IMG/VR virus record: IMGVR_UViG_3300032303_002529
Location: 1-43,724 of that record
Direction: 5' to 3' (one strand)
Length of the DNA: 43,724 bases
Source: a virus
Lineage: Duplodnaviria; Caudoviricetes
In this document: positions 18,201-28,018 of the stretch, one piece after another
Position numbering within the stretch: position 1 is the stretch's first letter
Layout of the letters: each line of letters begins with the position of its first letter
Translations under genes and position numbers: made by a program
The notes under the pieces: model-generated
Told to the model about the DNA's origin: nothing
The model's database searches: none
Seen by the model: only the letters and a program-made list of their open reading frames with translations

Positions 18201-19600
18201 TGTGTCGGTGTATTAGTAGGTGTATTAGTAGGTGTTTGTGTATTAGTCGTTGTATTAGAAGGTGTATTTGTTGGTGTTTGTGTTGACGTTTGAGTTGGTG
18301 TTGGACTTGGCAATGGTAAACAATTTTCACACTTACTAAATAAAGAATAAACCAAATTAATAGTTGAATCGGGACTTAAAGTTGAGTCGTCTCTAATATA
18401 TTGTACGCAGCTCCATCCTGTTCCGTTTGGTGATGTTATATTAGCATTAAATACTGTTCCCGGAACCAATTGAACCGAATTGTAAAGTATTGGACCAGAA
18501 ACATAATAATATGTGTTTACCGTTCCGCATACCAATAAAACTTTAACTGTAGAACAATCAAATGGTGGGTCAATTATTGTAAATGTTGCCTTACCTAAAA
18601 TCTCCAAAATATTTGTTGGTGTTAATGTTGGGGTTGCGGTTACAGATGGAGTAGGTGTTGGTGATGAATAAAATATTGAAAAATTTAAACCCAAACTATA
18701 AACAGGACTTGCAGATGGTGTTGGGGGTATTGGTGAATTTGTAAAATTAAAGTCGATTACCGCACAATCAGTAGATACTGTAGGTGTTACGGGTGGAACG
18801 TATGCAACATCAAAATAGGCATTAAAATCAATTGTAAAATTACCAACAGGTGTTGGTGTTGGTGTGGGGCAAGGTCCGAAATCAAATGAATTTGACGCAA
18901 AATCAGGACAATCTGTAGTACAAGGTGTTTTACCTTCAAGTAAACAAATTCCACCTAAAGTATTACTTAAACACCATCTATCTCCCGTATGATAAATTGT
19001 TCCTCCTGAAATACCATCACCCGTAAAATATGCCTTACTACTGTAAGTTCCTGCAGATAAAAAATTGCCGCTATAACCAGACAATGTTGGATAAGTTGTA
19101 CCAAAGCAAAATTCAATATAACTACAAGAAGGACAAAGTCCGTCATTACAATCAGAAACTAGTGTAAAAATTACTCCCGCACTATCAAAAACCTCACCTA
19201 TCCCATCATCAGTTATTATTGTTGCACAACCATCAAAAAAAGGTGAACCGGAAATATAATACGTATTGTCAACTGTTGATGGTATGCTTGTTCCTACAAA
19301 TCTAAAAGTATTATCACTATTACAATCTTTAAATTTTGTGATATATGAAAAACAAATTCCTGTGGAAATAAGTATGCCTAAAGAATTAACTTCATAACAA
19401 GTGTCTCCTCCTTCCTGTATATCAGAATAATACCCTTGGTTTCCAAGTACGGAACATCCTGGGTCTTGATATATTAAACCACCAATTACAAAATCGGTAT
19501 TATCGGAATAATAACCCTCCTTATCAACGGACGAGCATGCATCATAACAACTAGTAGCACTATATGTTAATTTCCTTGGGAGTGAGTAGCATCCTGGCAT
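15266..19600 (-). CDS. large adhesin-like protein: Cys modules, PT linker, PKD domain, DUF285/BspA-type repeats
   Basis: [18 protein letters not shown] (PKD), then many W[DN]xSxVTxMxxMF repeats and a typical GWNITDGG C-terminal cap. Confidence 0.85.
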   Translation of the reverse strand: MPGCYSLPRKLTYSATSCYDACSSVDKEGYYSDNTDFVIGGLIYQDPGCSVLGNQGYYSDIQEGGDTCYEVNSLGILISTGICFSYITKFKDCNSDNTFRFVGTSIPSTVDNTYYISGSPFFDGCATIITDDGIGEVFDSAGVIFTLVSDCNDGLCPSCSYIEFCFGTTYPTLSGYSGNFLSAGTYSSKAYFTGDGISGGTIYHTGDRWCLSNTLGGICLLEGKTPCTTDCPDFASNSFDFGPCPTPTPTPVGNFTIDFNAYFDVAYVPPVTPTVSTDCAVIDFNFTNSPIPPTPSASPVYSLGLNFSIFYSSPTPTPSVTATPTLTPTNILEILGKATFTIIDPPFDCSTVKVLLVCGTVNTYYYVSGPILYNSVQLVPGTVFNANITSPNGTGWSCVQYIRDDSTLSPDSTINLVYSLFSKCENCLPLPSPTPTQTSTQTPTNTPSNTTTNTQTPTNTPTNTPTQTNTPTPSKEAVTPTPTQTPTNTPTNTKTPTQTPTNTPTNTKTPTNTPTNTKTPTKTPTPTNTETPTQTPTNTTTPTPTPTRPLDNFTGRFDTRNTNYIFDLVQFAGNNRATGKINISGLTITLNGTPTTVISTAAERTSEQIRQSIQNAFPLPVIVNSYVSYKYDIITTGGTNNVFGVADVEMTGLALSSVTPTSSSAFDEITLPFISGAGTNYSCLVDWGDGSSLDYISSWSATNRTHQYSTPGIYTINIYADPGNLSGIQYDVSAGASISDSRNAAEKYKILEVNKWGPLRLGTQGYYFDTCRNLVLTGVTDVLDLTNTTTLFNAFYLCTSLTTINRVNEWDTSNVQNMGNTFMLATNFNDDLSGWTTSAVTYMGNMFNNAYKFDKNIGNWDTHKVGNTGAMFNTALAFDNGGSNSISGWTMSANTTIGYMFYNAQKFNRNITGWERDTPNEYGYLSDMKKIGASNYSFSQAYLFNNGLASGDGSGDGLSSWSMSANTDMGHMFYAASSFNQQISGWCVSNVTATGTYSGMRNMFNGSKFNQDISNWERISPDVSTLANVRRTDSMFANCPFNNGGNPNINNWKITSLQNMNSMFQANTAFNQPIGSWDTKNVLYMGATFNGSTNFTQDVGSWNVSGVTTMAQMFYNATKFSGTPSMSSWDTRKVLDMSYLFANSKFDQDISNWNVSSATTMNRMFLSTPFNNGGNPDISGWTTSAVTDMSYMFYGTTSFNQPIDNWDVSSVTTMTNMFASSVFNQPLNSWITSEVTDMSSMFDNADNFDQDLGNWDLGSVTATTAMFQNTAKFDNSGSTSISGWTTSAVTNMSVMFYRALKFNQPIGSWNTSNVLSMASMFQEAPLFNQPLSGWNTSKVSNMINMFYGVPGANQFNQPIGNWNVSAVTNFTNFMYGKTPSTLSATNLTDIYTGWTSGGKTVQTGRTISFYTAKYTADGQAGKDLLTGATPTGYGWNITDGGVEP
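15470..17200 (-). repeat. DUF285/BspA-like ~25-30 aa repeat array
   Basis: Repeated [16 protein letters not shown] units; SGWTTSAVT occurs three times. Confidence 0.85.
17960..18310 (-). repeat. Pro/Thr (TPTN/TPTQ) linker with exact nucleotide tandem repeats
   Basis: 30-bp unit at 18046, 18076 and 18118; exact 42-bp tandem at 18076-18117/18118-18159. Confidence 0.9.
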
Positions 19601-19619
19601 AATAATAAATTCTTACATT

Positions 19620-19705
19620 ATAAATAACCCAAAATCTGGTTTTATTTAATAATAATTATAGAATTTGTTTGACTTTTATAAACAACTGATTTTCAAAATA
19701 TTTAT
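19620..19705. promoter_or_regulatory. divergent pair of TATTTAT motifs
   Basis: Minus-strand copy 19620-19626 precedes ATG 19600; plus-strand copy 19699-19705 is 5 nt before ATG 19711. Confidence 0.6.
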
Positions 19706-19710
19706 AATAT

Positions 19711-19893
19711 ATGAAATTACTTAAAACAATAAAAAAAATAATTGAGGAATCGGAACAATTATATAATTCTGCGTGTGAAGGAGCAGTTAGTGTTGAGGAA
19801 CTTGATAGGTTAGAAAAAAATTATAAGGACTCTCTAAAATTATTGAAACTCTACAAAATTAAAGAAGAAAAAACTAAAGGGAAGCATCAATAA
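19711..19893 (+). CDS. small charged helical protein; the only credible plus-strand gene
   Basis: Fills an otherwise empty gap and has its own TATTTAT motif in matching orientation. Confidence 0.7.
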   Translation: MKLLKTIKKIIEESEQLYNSACEGAVSVEELDRLEKNYKDSLKLLKLYKIKEEKTKGKHQ

Positions 19894-20101
19894 TCTTAAA
19901 CGTTTCATATCCATTGGCACCACTCATTATAACCATCACCTGAGGTGCGGAATCAAATAAAGAAGGAGGATATTCATAAACAGTTGGGGGTGTTGAGCCC
20001 GTTAGTTGTCCCAAATAATATTTATTATTACCATAATAATCGGCAATGTATACATCAGTGGGTGTGTATCCTGTAAAATATGTTATTTCTAATCTCGTCA
20101 T
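19874..20101 (-). CDS. stand-alone ~70-aa beta module protein
   Basis: Probable start MTRLEI (ATGA overlap); paralog of 14240..14458. Confidence 0.65.
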   Translation of the reverse strand: MTRLEITYFTGYTPTDVYIADYYGNNKYYLGQLTGSTPPTVYEYPPSLFDSAPQVMVIMSGANGYETFKIIDASL

Positions 20102-22233
20102 CCTGTACAATAAATATCATAATCAATTGCCAAATAAACTTTTATATCAAGTTGTGGAACTAAATCTTGTCTATTAACGTCACTTAAAATTATAATCTTA
20201 TTATCAATCTCATCTATTATAACCTTACCAACACCAATTGAACTTGATAACAAATTTTGTATTGAATCATAAAATAAATTTTCAGGTGGAGTATCAAGTA
20301 ATGAGTATGCGGTGTAGAAAGTTTCCGTAACTTCTGGATAAAAAGCTCCGACTTTAACTTTTGTTGTAAATGTTGCAGATGATAAGTTACATCCCGTCTG
20401 TCCTGATGTTATATCTTGGAAACCTTCATTTAACATTTTTGATAAACTATATTTTGTGTTTGTTACTAATTCAAAAGTTTGTTCTCCAACAGTATAAGAC
20501 TGATAAGAATCGAAAGAAGTACTTCCGTTAATAGTTGTCGTTCTTTTTAAAGATGAACCATTTGAATCAATGACCGCCAAGCTATACGTTCCCGCAGTTA
20601 ACCCTGTAACCTTTATTGTTTGTGGGTTACCTACTACGTTGTCCGACCAATTAAAACTGAATGGTGGTGTACCTGAAGACACCATAGCGGTTATTGTGCC
20701 TCCACTATTTGAACCTGCGGATGTAGATACCAATAAGAAATCTACAACAGGAACATATCCAACATTAACATATGTGTTTTGTTTACATCCAATCGAATCC
20801 ACCACAACCACTTCGTGTTGTCCTGAAGATAAATCATAAAATGTAACCGCAGATAAAGATGTGTTAAAATAATTTAAATTACCATCTAATGAATATGTAA
20901 ATGGTTCTGTACCTCCAGTTGTTTTTGTTACTGTTACCGAGCCGTTATTTTGTCCATAAGTTGCGGATACAGAATCTGCTGATATTGAAAATGATATCTC
21001 ATTATAAATTGTATAATTATTTGAATATGTACATCCTGACGAATCTACAACAGATAAATTATAAGTTCCTGCGGATAAGTTTGAAAATAAATTTTGTTGT
21101 ATGTTAGTATTAACTGTTTTATTGCTTGAGTCAGGATAAGTTAAAATATACTGATATGGTATGTTACCTCCTCGAACAGATACTGATATTGAACCCTCAG
21201 AAAAAGAACAATTTGTATTTTTTGTTTGGACATTGACCGCGGTCATTCCGTCCGGTGTATTTAAAACCGTACTAACACTTGTTTGACAAAATCCAGCATC
21301 CGTAACATTTATTGTATAGGGGCCTGCACCAATACTATTAAGTGTAAAACCACTTGCATAAGAAATTTCAACATATCCCGTTGATGCCGAATAATAATAC
21401 GGTGGTGTTCCTCCTGTTATTTGAATACTTAAAGAGCCATCATTTGATAAACAAGATGGTGGATTTGCAGTAATAATTCCAATGGTAACTACACCAACAG
21501 TTTCAACCGTTGCAGATTTAATTAAACTACACCCTAAAGAATCCGTAACATCAACACTATATTGCCCACTTGTTAATCCCGTTATATAGTTTTCTTCACC
21601 TCCATTACTCCATACATACTTATATGGCGGTGTACCTGTTAAACCTGTTACATATAATTTACCCGATGGTGAATATGTACAAGTTGCATTTGGTACATTA
21701 TAAAAACCAAAATAAAAACCATTTGAATCTTCAACAATAAATGTTTCGCTTTTTCCTGTGCATCCACCAATATCATTTGCTATTGCATAATATGTTCCTG
21801 CAGATAATCCTTGAAGAGTTATATATTCATAACTTGTTGTTGCGGATTGTACCAAACTATTATTGGTATCATACAAACTATATAATACAGTTGATAGTGG
21901 GGTGCTAGCGGATATTGTAACCACACCATTATCTAATCCACAAGTTGTTTTTTCAACACTAAGTATGTTAGCACATATTCCACTTGAAATACTAACATTA
22001 ACATAAGTCTCATTATTTGTTGGGGAAGCACTATCAGTAATTAAAACTACGTAAGTTCCAGCACTCATTGTTGCCCTTGTTGATGCACTTACCGAAGTAT
22101 CTGTTCCTAAATTTGGTGTGAGCCACTGAAAAGTATAAGGTTGTGTACCACCATAAGGTATTAGTTCCGCAGAACCAAGATTACTTGAGGTACAGTCACC
22201 TGTGAGATTTAATATGTAAGGAAATTGAGCCAT
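20098..22233 (-). CDS. SprB-repeat protein (virion-associated adhesin candidate)
   Basis: About 7 repeats of C...G.I....GGTxPY.Y.W......L.AG.Y.V.V.D..GC. Confidence 0.85.
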   Translation of the reverse strand: MAQFPYILNLTGDCTSSNLGSAELIPYGGTQPYTFQWLTPNLGTDTSVSASTRATMSAGTYVVLITDSASPTNNETYVNVSISSGICANILSVEKTTCGLDNGVVTISASTPLSTVLYSLYDTNNSLVQSATTSYEYITLQGLSAGTYYAIANDIGGCTGKSETFIVEDSNGFYFGFYNVPNATCTYSPSGKLYVTGLTGTPPYKYVWSNGGEENYITGLTSGQYSVDVTDSLGCSLIKSATVETVGVVTIGIITANPPSCLSNDGSLSIQITGGTPPYYYSASTGYVEISYASGFTLNSIGAGPYTINVTDAGFCQTSVSTVLNTPDGMTAVNVQTKNTNCSFSEGSISVSVRGGNIPYQYILTYPDSSNKTVNTNIQQNLFSNLSAGTYNLSVVDSSGCTYSNNYTIYNEISFSISADSVSATYGQNNGSVTVTKTTGGTEPFTYSLDGNLNYFNTSLSAVTFYDLSSGQHEVVVVDSIGCKQNTYVNVGYVPVVDFLLVSTSAGSNSGGTITAMVSSGTPPFSFNWSDNVVGNPQTIKVTGLTAGTYSLAVIDSNGSSLKRTTTINGSTSFDSYQSYTVGEQTFELVTNTKYSLSKMLNEGFQDITSGQTGCNLSSATFTTKVKVGAFYPEVTETFYTAYSLLDTPPENLFYDSIQNLLSSSIGVGKVIIDEIDNKIIILSDVNRQDLVPQLDIKVYLAIDYDIYCTG

Positions 22234-22236
22234 TTA

Positions 22237-25197
22237 TTAACAAGTTACATTTATATTTATACCGACACTTAAAACTAATGTTTGATTTAAATTTAATTGT
22301 TGAGTTCCCAAATTAACTATTGTAAGTTGGTTACCATTTAAAAAATAATTTAAATTATATTGTAATAAAACAGGTAAAGCAAGAACTAACGCATTTCTCC
22401 AATCAGTGTTAGATGGTGAATTATTTAACCCTGTTCCAACATAAAATTGTTTATGTATAATTCTATTACCCCCTATTGATAAATCAATATACCAAGTAGA
22501 TATTAATGAATTAATACCGTTACAAGTTTGTACCGTATAATTTGGAGATAAAGCATTATTAACGGCATTACTTAATACACCATTAAAGTTTGAGTATGTT
22601 GTATTACCATTTAACCAAGGGAAGATATTAATTTGTACTCTTTCTGTTGCTTGATTGAATTGTGCTAATGGTGATACAATTGTACAGGGTTCTGCTGGTT
22701 TAGATTTAATTAAACATCCTCTTTGTCTTCTATAAACATATTTTTGTCTGTGTAAAACTGAATTTTCAAATTTTGTTCCTGACTGCCATATTGTTGTTGC
22801 GGGTATCATTTGTTCAACAAGTTTCATCCAATATGGCCCCATCCCATTAACATAGTCAATTAATTTTTGATACGTATACTGAAAATTTTGTATTCCAGTG
22901 TTTTGTTTTTGTTGTATATAATTCCACCAAACTGATTGTAGTGTTGGATAACCCCCCGTTTTACCATCCGTAATAACTTGTCTGTTTCTTACGTTAATCA
23001 TATTTTTCCAAAAGGTATAGTAAAATTCAAAGAAGGTTTTCTTTTTTGGTTCAGGATTAATAAATGTTGAATCAACACCACCAGGAACAGGATAGTTTAC
23101 GGTTAAACCTGATTCAGGTATTGGATAATCATATAATCTTGATTGAGTCCAAACGTCATAAACTAATCCTTGAGCGGGATTTAAAAAAATATCAACATTT
23201 TTTACGTTAAGAACTAATTTTTCATCATCTAAATAATAATATGCATTATAATTTCCTTGGCTTGAGGTTCTTAATTTATTATCAGTTGCAATCCAAGACT
23301 TATCATTGTCAATAATTTTTTCTAATTTAAACCCATCATTTATGTATGGAAACGTTCTAAAATAATTTAAATAATCTTGTCCATATGTGAATGGTGTTAA
23401 TTGGGTTTGTATATTAGTGTTTTGACCTGAGTATATATTACCTGTAATAACTAATTGTTCGGGACTTCTGTGTGATGGTGTTTGTTCATACCAACCTGCA
23501 CCTTTTTGGAAAAATAAATTTTCTGTTTGTGTTGGTGCACTTGGATATCCTTCATTATCGATAGGATAATCTGACGCGTTTATATTAACTGATGTATATT
23601 CTGATTCTGTTGTAAACCCTGTAAATGTTCTACCTTGTATTTTAAATGTGTTACCGGGTTCATATGCGGGTTTTTCATTTACATATGTACCACCTGAAAT
23701 TTGACCATATTGTTTATAGAAATTTTCCATATCAATTTTTTGGTCCGCCAAGTAAATGTGTTCGTTATATTCTATTAAAGACTCGGGAGCACCGATTAAA
23801 TTCAATAAAAATTCAACCGACCTTCTTGTTCCTTTAGATTTGAAGATATAAGCAGAATTTAATATTAAATTTCTATAAAAAGCATAATTTAATTCTGTTG
23901 TTGTGAGTGCTCTCGCATAACCAGGGTATGTTGATGTCTGTTTATTACCAAATAAAGAACTTAAAAAGTTCTCATTAGTGATTGGTGAAAAGTTTGAACT
24001 CCAACCTAATGTTTGTGATAAGGTCGCTAATAATTCTGATGGAATATCATTTGATGGATTATAATTAACCGAATTCATAAAAGTTAATCCATCAACAAAC
24101 TGTTTTAATTGGTCAAAACTTCTACCGTAAATTTGAAAAACTTTTTCAACTTTTCGTCCTAAAGTATCAAACTCTTTTAAAGAGCCTGAAGTTAAAAATC
24201 TTGATATTAAATTTGTTTTAAATGAATCCAAATTTTCTGCGATACTTTGTAATTGAGTAAGATAATCATCAAACTGTACCGACCTTATATCTAAATTCCA
24301 AACACCGTCTTTAGGCCATGTGGCCTGTTGATAGTTGACGTAAAATTGTCCGTCGAAGTCTTGAGCGGGGACTTGAAAAAATGCGGTATATACTGGTTGA
24401 ATTAACCTATTTAATAAAAATTGTTGTATTTCATCAAACTTTTCGGCAAAAACGGTATCAACAACAAAATCATTAGGTCTAATTTGAAAACTTTCTTGTG
24501 ATGTTGTTGCGGTTGTGCCAAATGGTGTTCCTGAAACATAAAAAGCTAAATACCCTGATGTAAGTGTCTGTGAGGGTTGAAATGAAACTACTTTATATTC
24601 TACATTATTTATAACAATTGCATAATCTAAATAAGTGTCTTGTATATTTCTATATTGTGAAAACCCGTCTTTTGTTGTTGCGGTCACACTATAATCAATA
24701 TCGAACGGATTATGTAATCTATCAAGATTAACTTCAAAGTATGTTTCATCAGTTACAGAATCATATGCCACATTAACCGCAGTGTATCCTGTTGTATAAT
24801 TTAAACTTGTAAATAAAACGTCTAATGATGCGGGAAAATAGTTTATTATTTCTGTTATTGAAACACTAAACCTTTTAGCCAAAGAACCATATAAAGAAAA
24901 ATTTAAAACTTGTGAAACATCGTAATTTGGATAAACTCTATATTGTTGTTGTAATACCGCACTTTGTAATAAATTATTAACATTCATATCGTCCAAACTC
25001 ATAGGAGTTGCAAACGCTCCGACACCAAAAGTACGATTCACTTTATCTACAACACCTGTGGTAAACTCAAAATTACCTTGTGTTAGTCCTCCTCCATCAA
25101 CAATTTGTAACCCAACAATATTGTCTGAAAAAGTACCAGCACCACTCGCAGGTCTTGGCGGATAAAAATATTTTGTTTTTTTAATTGTTACGGCCAT
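22237..25197 (-). CDS. baseplate wedge/structural protein (P2 gpI-like motif)
   Basis: LLATLSQTLGW and YIFKSKGTRRSVEFLLNLIG resemble the gpI/gp7-type KGT motif; structural context. Confidence 0.6.
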   Translation of the reverse strand: MAVTIKKTKYFYPPRPASGAGTFSDNIVGLQIVDGGGLTQGNFEFTTGVVDKVNRTFGVGAFATPMSLDDMNVNNLLQSAVLQQQYRVYPNYDVSQVLNFSLYGSLAKRFSVSITEIINYFPASLDVLFTSLNYTTGYTAVNVAYDSVTDETYFEVNLDRLHNPFDIDYSVTATTKDGFSQYRNIQDTYLDYAIVINNVEYKVVSFQPSQTLTSGYLAFYVSGTPFGTTATTSQESFQIRPNDFVVDTVFAEKFDEIQQFLLNRLIQPVYTAFFQVPAQDFDGQFYVNYQQATWPKDGVWNLDIRSVQFDDYLTQLQSIAENLDSFKTNLISRFLTSGSLKEFDTLGRKVEKVFQIYGRSFDQLKQFVDGLTFMNSVNYNPSNDIPSELLATLSQTLGWSSNFSPITNENFLSSLFGNKQTSTYPGYARALTTTELNYAFYRNLILNSAYIFKSKGTRRSVEFLLNLIGAPESLIEYNEHIYLADQKIDMENFYKQYGQISGGTYVNEKPAYEPGNTFKIQGRTFTGFTTESEYTSVNINASDYPIDNEGYPSAPTQTENLFFQKGAGWYEQTPSHRSPEQLVITGNIYSGQNTNIQTQLTPFTYGQDYLNYFRTFPYINDGFKLEKIIDNDKSWIATDNKLRTSSQGNYNAYYYLDDEKLVLNVKNVDIFLNPAQGLVYDVWTQSRLYDYPIPESGLTVNYPVPGGVDSTFINPEPKKKTFFEFYYTFWKNMINVRNRQVITDGKTGGYPTLQSVWWNYIQQKQNTGIQNFQYTYQKLIDYVNGMGPYWMKLVEQMIPATTIWQSGTKFENSVLHRQKYVYRRQRGCLIKSKPAEPCTIVSPLAQFNQATERVQINIFPWLNGNTTYSNFNGVLSNAVNNALSPNYTVQTCNGINSLISTWYIDLSIGGNRIIHKQFYVGTGLNNSPSNTDWRNALVLALPVLLQYNLNYFLNGNQLTIVNLGTQQLNLNQTLVLSVGININVTC

Positions 25198-26105
25198 TAT
25201 GATGTTATATTGTTAAAATTTTTACTAAAATCAATGTTATTACCTCTACTTTGTCTAACCTCATAAAGTAACTCATTAAATTGGTCTCTAACTTCAAATA
25301 AGTTATATTGTCTAAATATATTATTATTTGAGTCGTAGATTGTGTATATACCGTCATCAATTGATTTAGATTGATTACCATACAATGCAAGTGCCAATGT
25401 GTCAATATCGTACTCAGCCATTTGAATATCTAAGGTAATAGGGTTAAAAAATGTATTTGTTATTATAATATCTTGGTCTGGTTGTCCTATGAAAGGTGTT
25501 GCATTTGGATTATTTGTTGGTGATGATGATGGTGAAACAGTTAAAAATAACAAATTTGATATTCCATCAACATATCTATATCTAATAGATTTTTGTGTTG
25601 TATTTGTTTGATTGCTCACAACGGGTTCACAGAAAAAACAAGATGTTATAATTCTAAAAAAATTAGGTATCTTACTTCCGTCAGGATTTAAATATTCAAT
25701 TCTAAATCCAACTAAACCTTGTGGAACAAATTTATTTATGTATTGTGTTGGGACGTTTGCCAAATCAATAATAATACCTTTAACATTTGGTAAAGAACTT
25801 AAAACGCCACAATCTGTTATTGATGTTCTTATTTGTGCGGGTCTAATATATAATGTATAAAAACCTAAAGCATTAAATGTGTCGGCAGGTAAAGTTAGAT
25901 TATATAATCCACCAAGAATTTCAACACCGGCATTACCCCCTGTCTGTGCATTATTAAAATATGGTCTAAGTAATGTTGATGCATCTAATTTTTTCAAAAT
26001 AAAATCATCGGTTACGTCTCTACTTTTTGTGTAGTTAAGTATTATTTCAACATCATCGGGTGACACATCACTAGGTCTCACCGTTCCATATGTTCCAATT
26101 GCCAT
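25197..26105 (-). CDS. putative virion structural protein
   Basis: 302-aa ORF in the structural block with TATTTAT upstream (26121-26127). Confidence 0.6.
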   Translation of the reverse strand: MAIGTYGTVRPSDVSPDDVEIILNYTKSRDVTDDFILKKLDASTLLRPYFNNAQTGGNAGVEILGGLYNLTLPADTFNALGFYTLYIRPAQIRTSITDCGVLSSLPNVKGIIIDLANVPTQYINKFVPQGLVGFRIEYLNPDGSKIPNFFRIITSCFFCEPVVSNQTNTTQKSIRYRYVDGISNLLFLTVSPSSSPTNNPNATPFIGQPDQDIIITNTFFNPITLDIQMAEYDIDTLALALYGNQSKSIDDGIYTIYDSNNNIFRQYNLFEVRDQFNELLYEVRQSRGNNIDFSKNFNNITS

Positions 26106-26129
26106 ATAATTATTTTATTTATAAATAGT

Positions 26130-27209
26130 TTATATCTTTTTTTCTACATTAAAAAACCCATACCCATAATTAACCATATCACCAATATTGTCAACCTCAC
26201 CAATTCTTTGCACCCTTTCATAAGCACTATTCTTACCCCTTTCAACATAAACATTAGTTTGGATTTGTGGTTGGTCAATCATATTTAATAAAACTTCTTG
26301 TTTAACTATTGGTGTTGAACTTATATTTTCTGTTGTAAATCCTGATGACTGCATAAAAAATATTGTACTACCATCAGAATAATCGTAATAATCTATATCT
26401 TGTATAGTGTATGCAGTAAATGTTGGATTAATATTTGTTACAACACCAAAAAATTCTCTATTTTTATAAATTTGTTTACCCTGAATATACTTTACAGACC
26501 CATATTGTTCTAAGTCTTGTAATCTTGATACCGATTCTCCTGAAACAACAAATGGTGTTGTGACATAGGTTGAGGAAGTTTGAGCGGATACAGAATTATT
26601 TGAGTCCCCCGAAAATATATAGTTATAACTTACTGGTGTTGCCGACCAATTTCCAAGGTTAGAGACAAAATAAGCGTTACCTTTTGGGTTATAGATAGGT
26701 ATGTTTGTGTATGGTAATTTAATTTTTTTAGTTACTTTACTAATTCCCCAAGGATTTTTTTGTGATAATGTAATTTCATATTGTTTTGCCATTTGGGGGT
26801 AAGAGTGTGTTATGTAATTTGGTGCTAAGGTAGTTATCGGTTGTGGTGTTGTTCCATCACCCCAATCAACAGTATAATTAGATAAATCTAAAAATTTCTG
26901 ATAATTCTCGGAGGTATTATAAAAATACACATCATATGGGTTTGATGTTGTTGCAGAAAAAATAAAATTAGTAACCACGTCTTGTTGCATAATTGCACCA
27001 TCAAATGGGTCAAAATAACCAACATCATTAATTGTTTCTGTAAATAAAATTGGTATTGTTAATCCCGTTAATAATGACTTTCCGTTTGTTCCTCCGGTTA
27101 ACATTGATGTCATTGCAGAATAAACACCGACACTTTGCCCACTATAATTAACACTAACTAACTCAGAACTAATTGTTTCAGGCGATATAATAAGTTTATA
27201 AGAATCCAT
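26130..27209 (-). CDS. putative structural protein with PKD-like domain
   Basis: YTVDWGDGT...THSY motif. Confidence 0.65.
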   Translation of the reverse strand: MDSYKLIISPETISSELVSVNYSGQSVGVYSAMTSMLTGGTNGKSLLTGLTIPILFTETINDVGYFDPFDGAIMQQDVVTNFIFSATTSNPYDVYFYNTSENYQKFLDLSNYTVDWGDGTTPQPITTLAPNYITHSYPQMAKQYEITLSQKNPWGISKVTKKIKLPYTNIPIYNPKGNAYFVSNLGNWSATPVSYNYIFSGDSNNSVSAQTSSTYVTTPFVVSGESVSRLQDLEQYGSVKYIQGKQIYKNREFFGVVTNINPTFTAYTIQDIDYYDYSDGSTIFFMQSSGFTTENISSTPIVKQEVLLNMIDQPQIQTNVYVERGKNSAYERVQRIGEVDNIGDMVNYGYGFFNVEKKI

Positions 27210-28018
27210 TATACAGGGTTTACATATTCATACCATTTTATTGGAGTCGTTGTACCAACTCTTATGTTTGTTGTAGTATTTGCCGGGTCAAACTCATAAA
27301 CTCTATATGTTTGATTAATATAATCAAATACAACTCTATAATAAAAATATTTTAATGAGTCAAAACTTGTTGGGTCAGCAAAAAATGTTGATTGTGGTTG
27401 GTTCATCATTTTAATAAACTCGCCAGTTTTTGCATTATAAAATTTTGCAGTCATATAAAATGTGTTTATATTTAAAAAATCTAAACTTTTTAACCAATAA
27501 ATAAAAAACCCTTCTTTATCCCCAACATAATCTAATTTAAATTTTGGTGTCTTTATTTGAACCGGTGTTATACCTAATATACTACTTGTTTTAAAACCTT
27601 GCGTCGTTGGCAAAATTACAGTTAAATAATTTGTTTGTCTTTTGTTATCAATTGAGTCATAAAAATCCAACTTAAAAAATGATTTGGTAAAATCATTTGA
27701 AAAATAATATAAGTCTTTAACTGTTAATCCTTCCGAAAAATAACTCATATTCCAATTTGATTGGTTATTTATTCCTCCACCAGAATAAAAATAAAACTCA
27801 TAATTAATATCTGTTTTATTGGTTATATTATCTTTGTCGTGAGGAAATCTAGTTACCTCAAAATCATACCCATTACCAATAATTTGTTTTGTAACCTCGT
27901 CTTCATAAAGTTCAACAGATTGGTCTTGCCCTGTAAAATCCCAATTAATTTCAATAGGTATTGAAATTTGTTTGTCGTTTGTATTATCTAATCTTATAAC
28001 AAATTTATTCGCATCCAT
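27209..28018 (-). CDS. putative structural protein
   Basis: 269-aa aromatic-rich ORF with overlapping gene packing. Confidence 0.6.
   Translation of the reverse strand: MDANKFVIRLDNTNDKQISIPIEINWDFTGQDQSVELYEDEVTKQIIGNGYDFEVTRFPHDKDNITNKTDINYEFYFYSGGGINNQSNWNMSYFSEGLTVKDLYYFSNDFTKSFFKLDFYDSIDNKRQTNYLTVILPTTQGFKTSSILGITPVQIKTPKFKLDYVGDKEGFFIYWLKSLDFLNINTFYMTAKFYNAKTGEFIKMMNQPQSTFFADPTSFDSLKYFYYRVVFDYINQTYRVYEFDPANTTTNIRVGTTTPIKWYEYVNPV

Noticed and set aside
17950-18330. HLLIHLL-repeat ORF and Cys/Trp-repeat antisense ORFs (also 13854..14108)
   Set aside because: Alternate-frame readings of the PT-linker repeats.
10304-22233. Bacterial chromosome or eukaryotic-virus origin of the Cys/PT-rich genes
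   Set aside because: They lack signal peptides and T9SS tails, and are embedded among gp25/gp6-like baseplate and phage replication genes with shared regulatory motifs.
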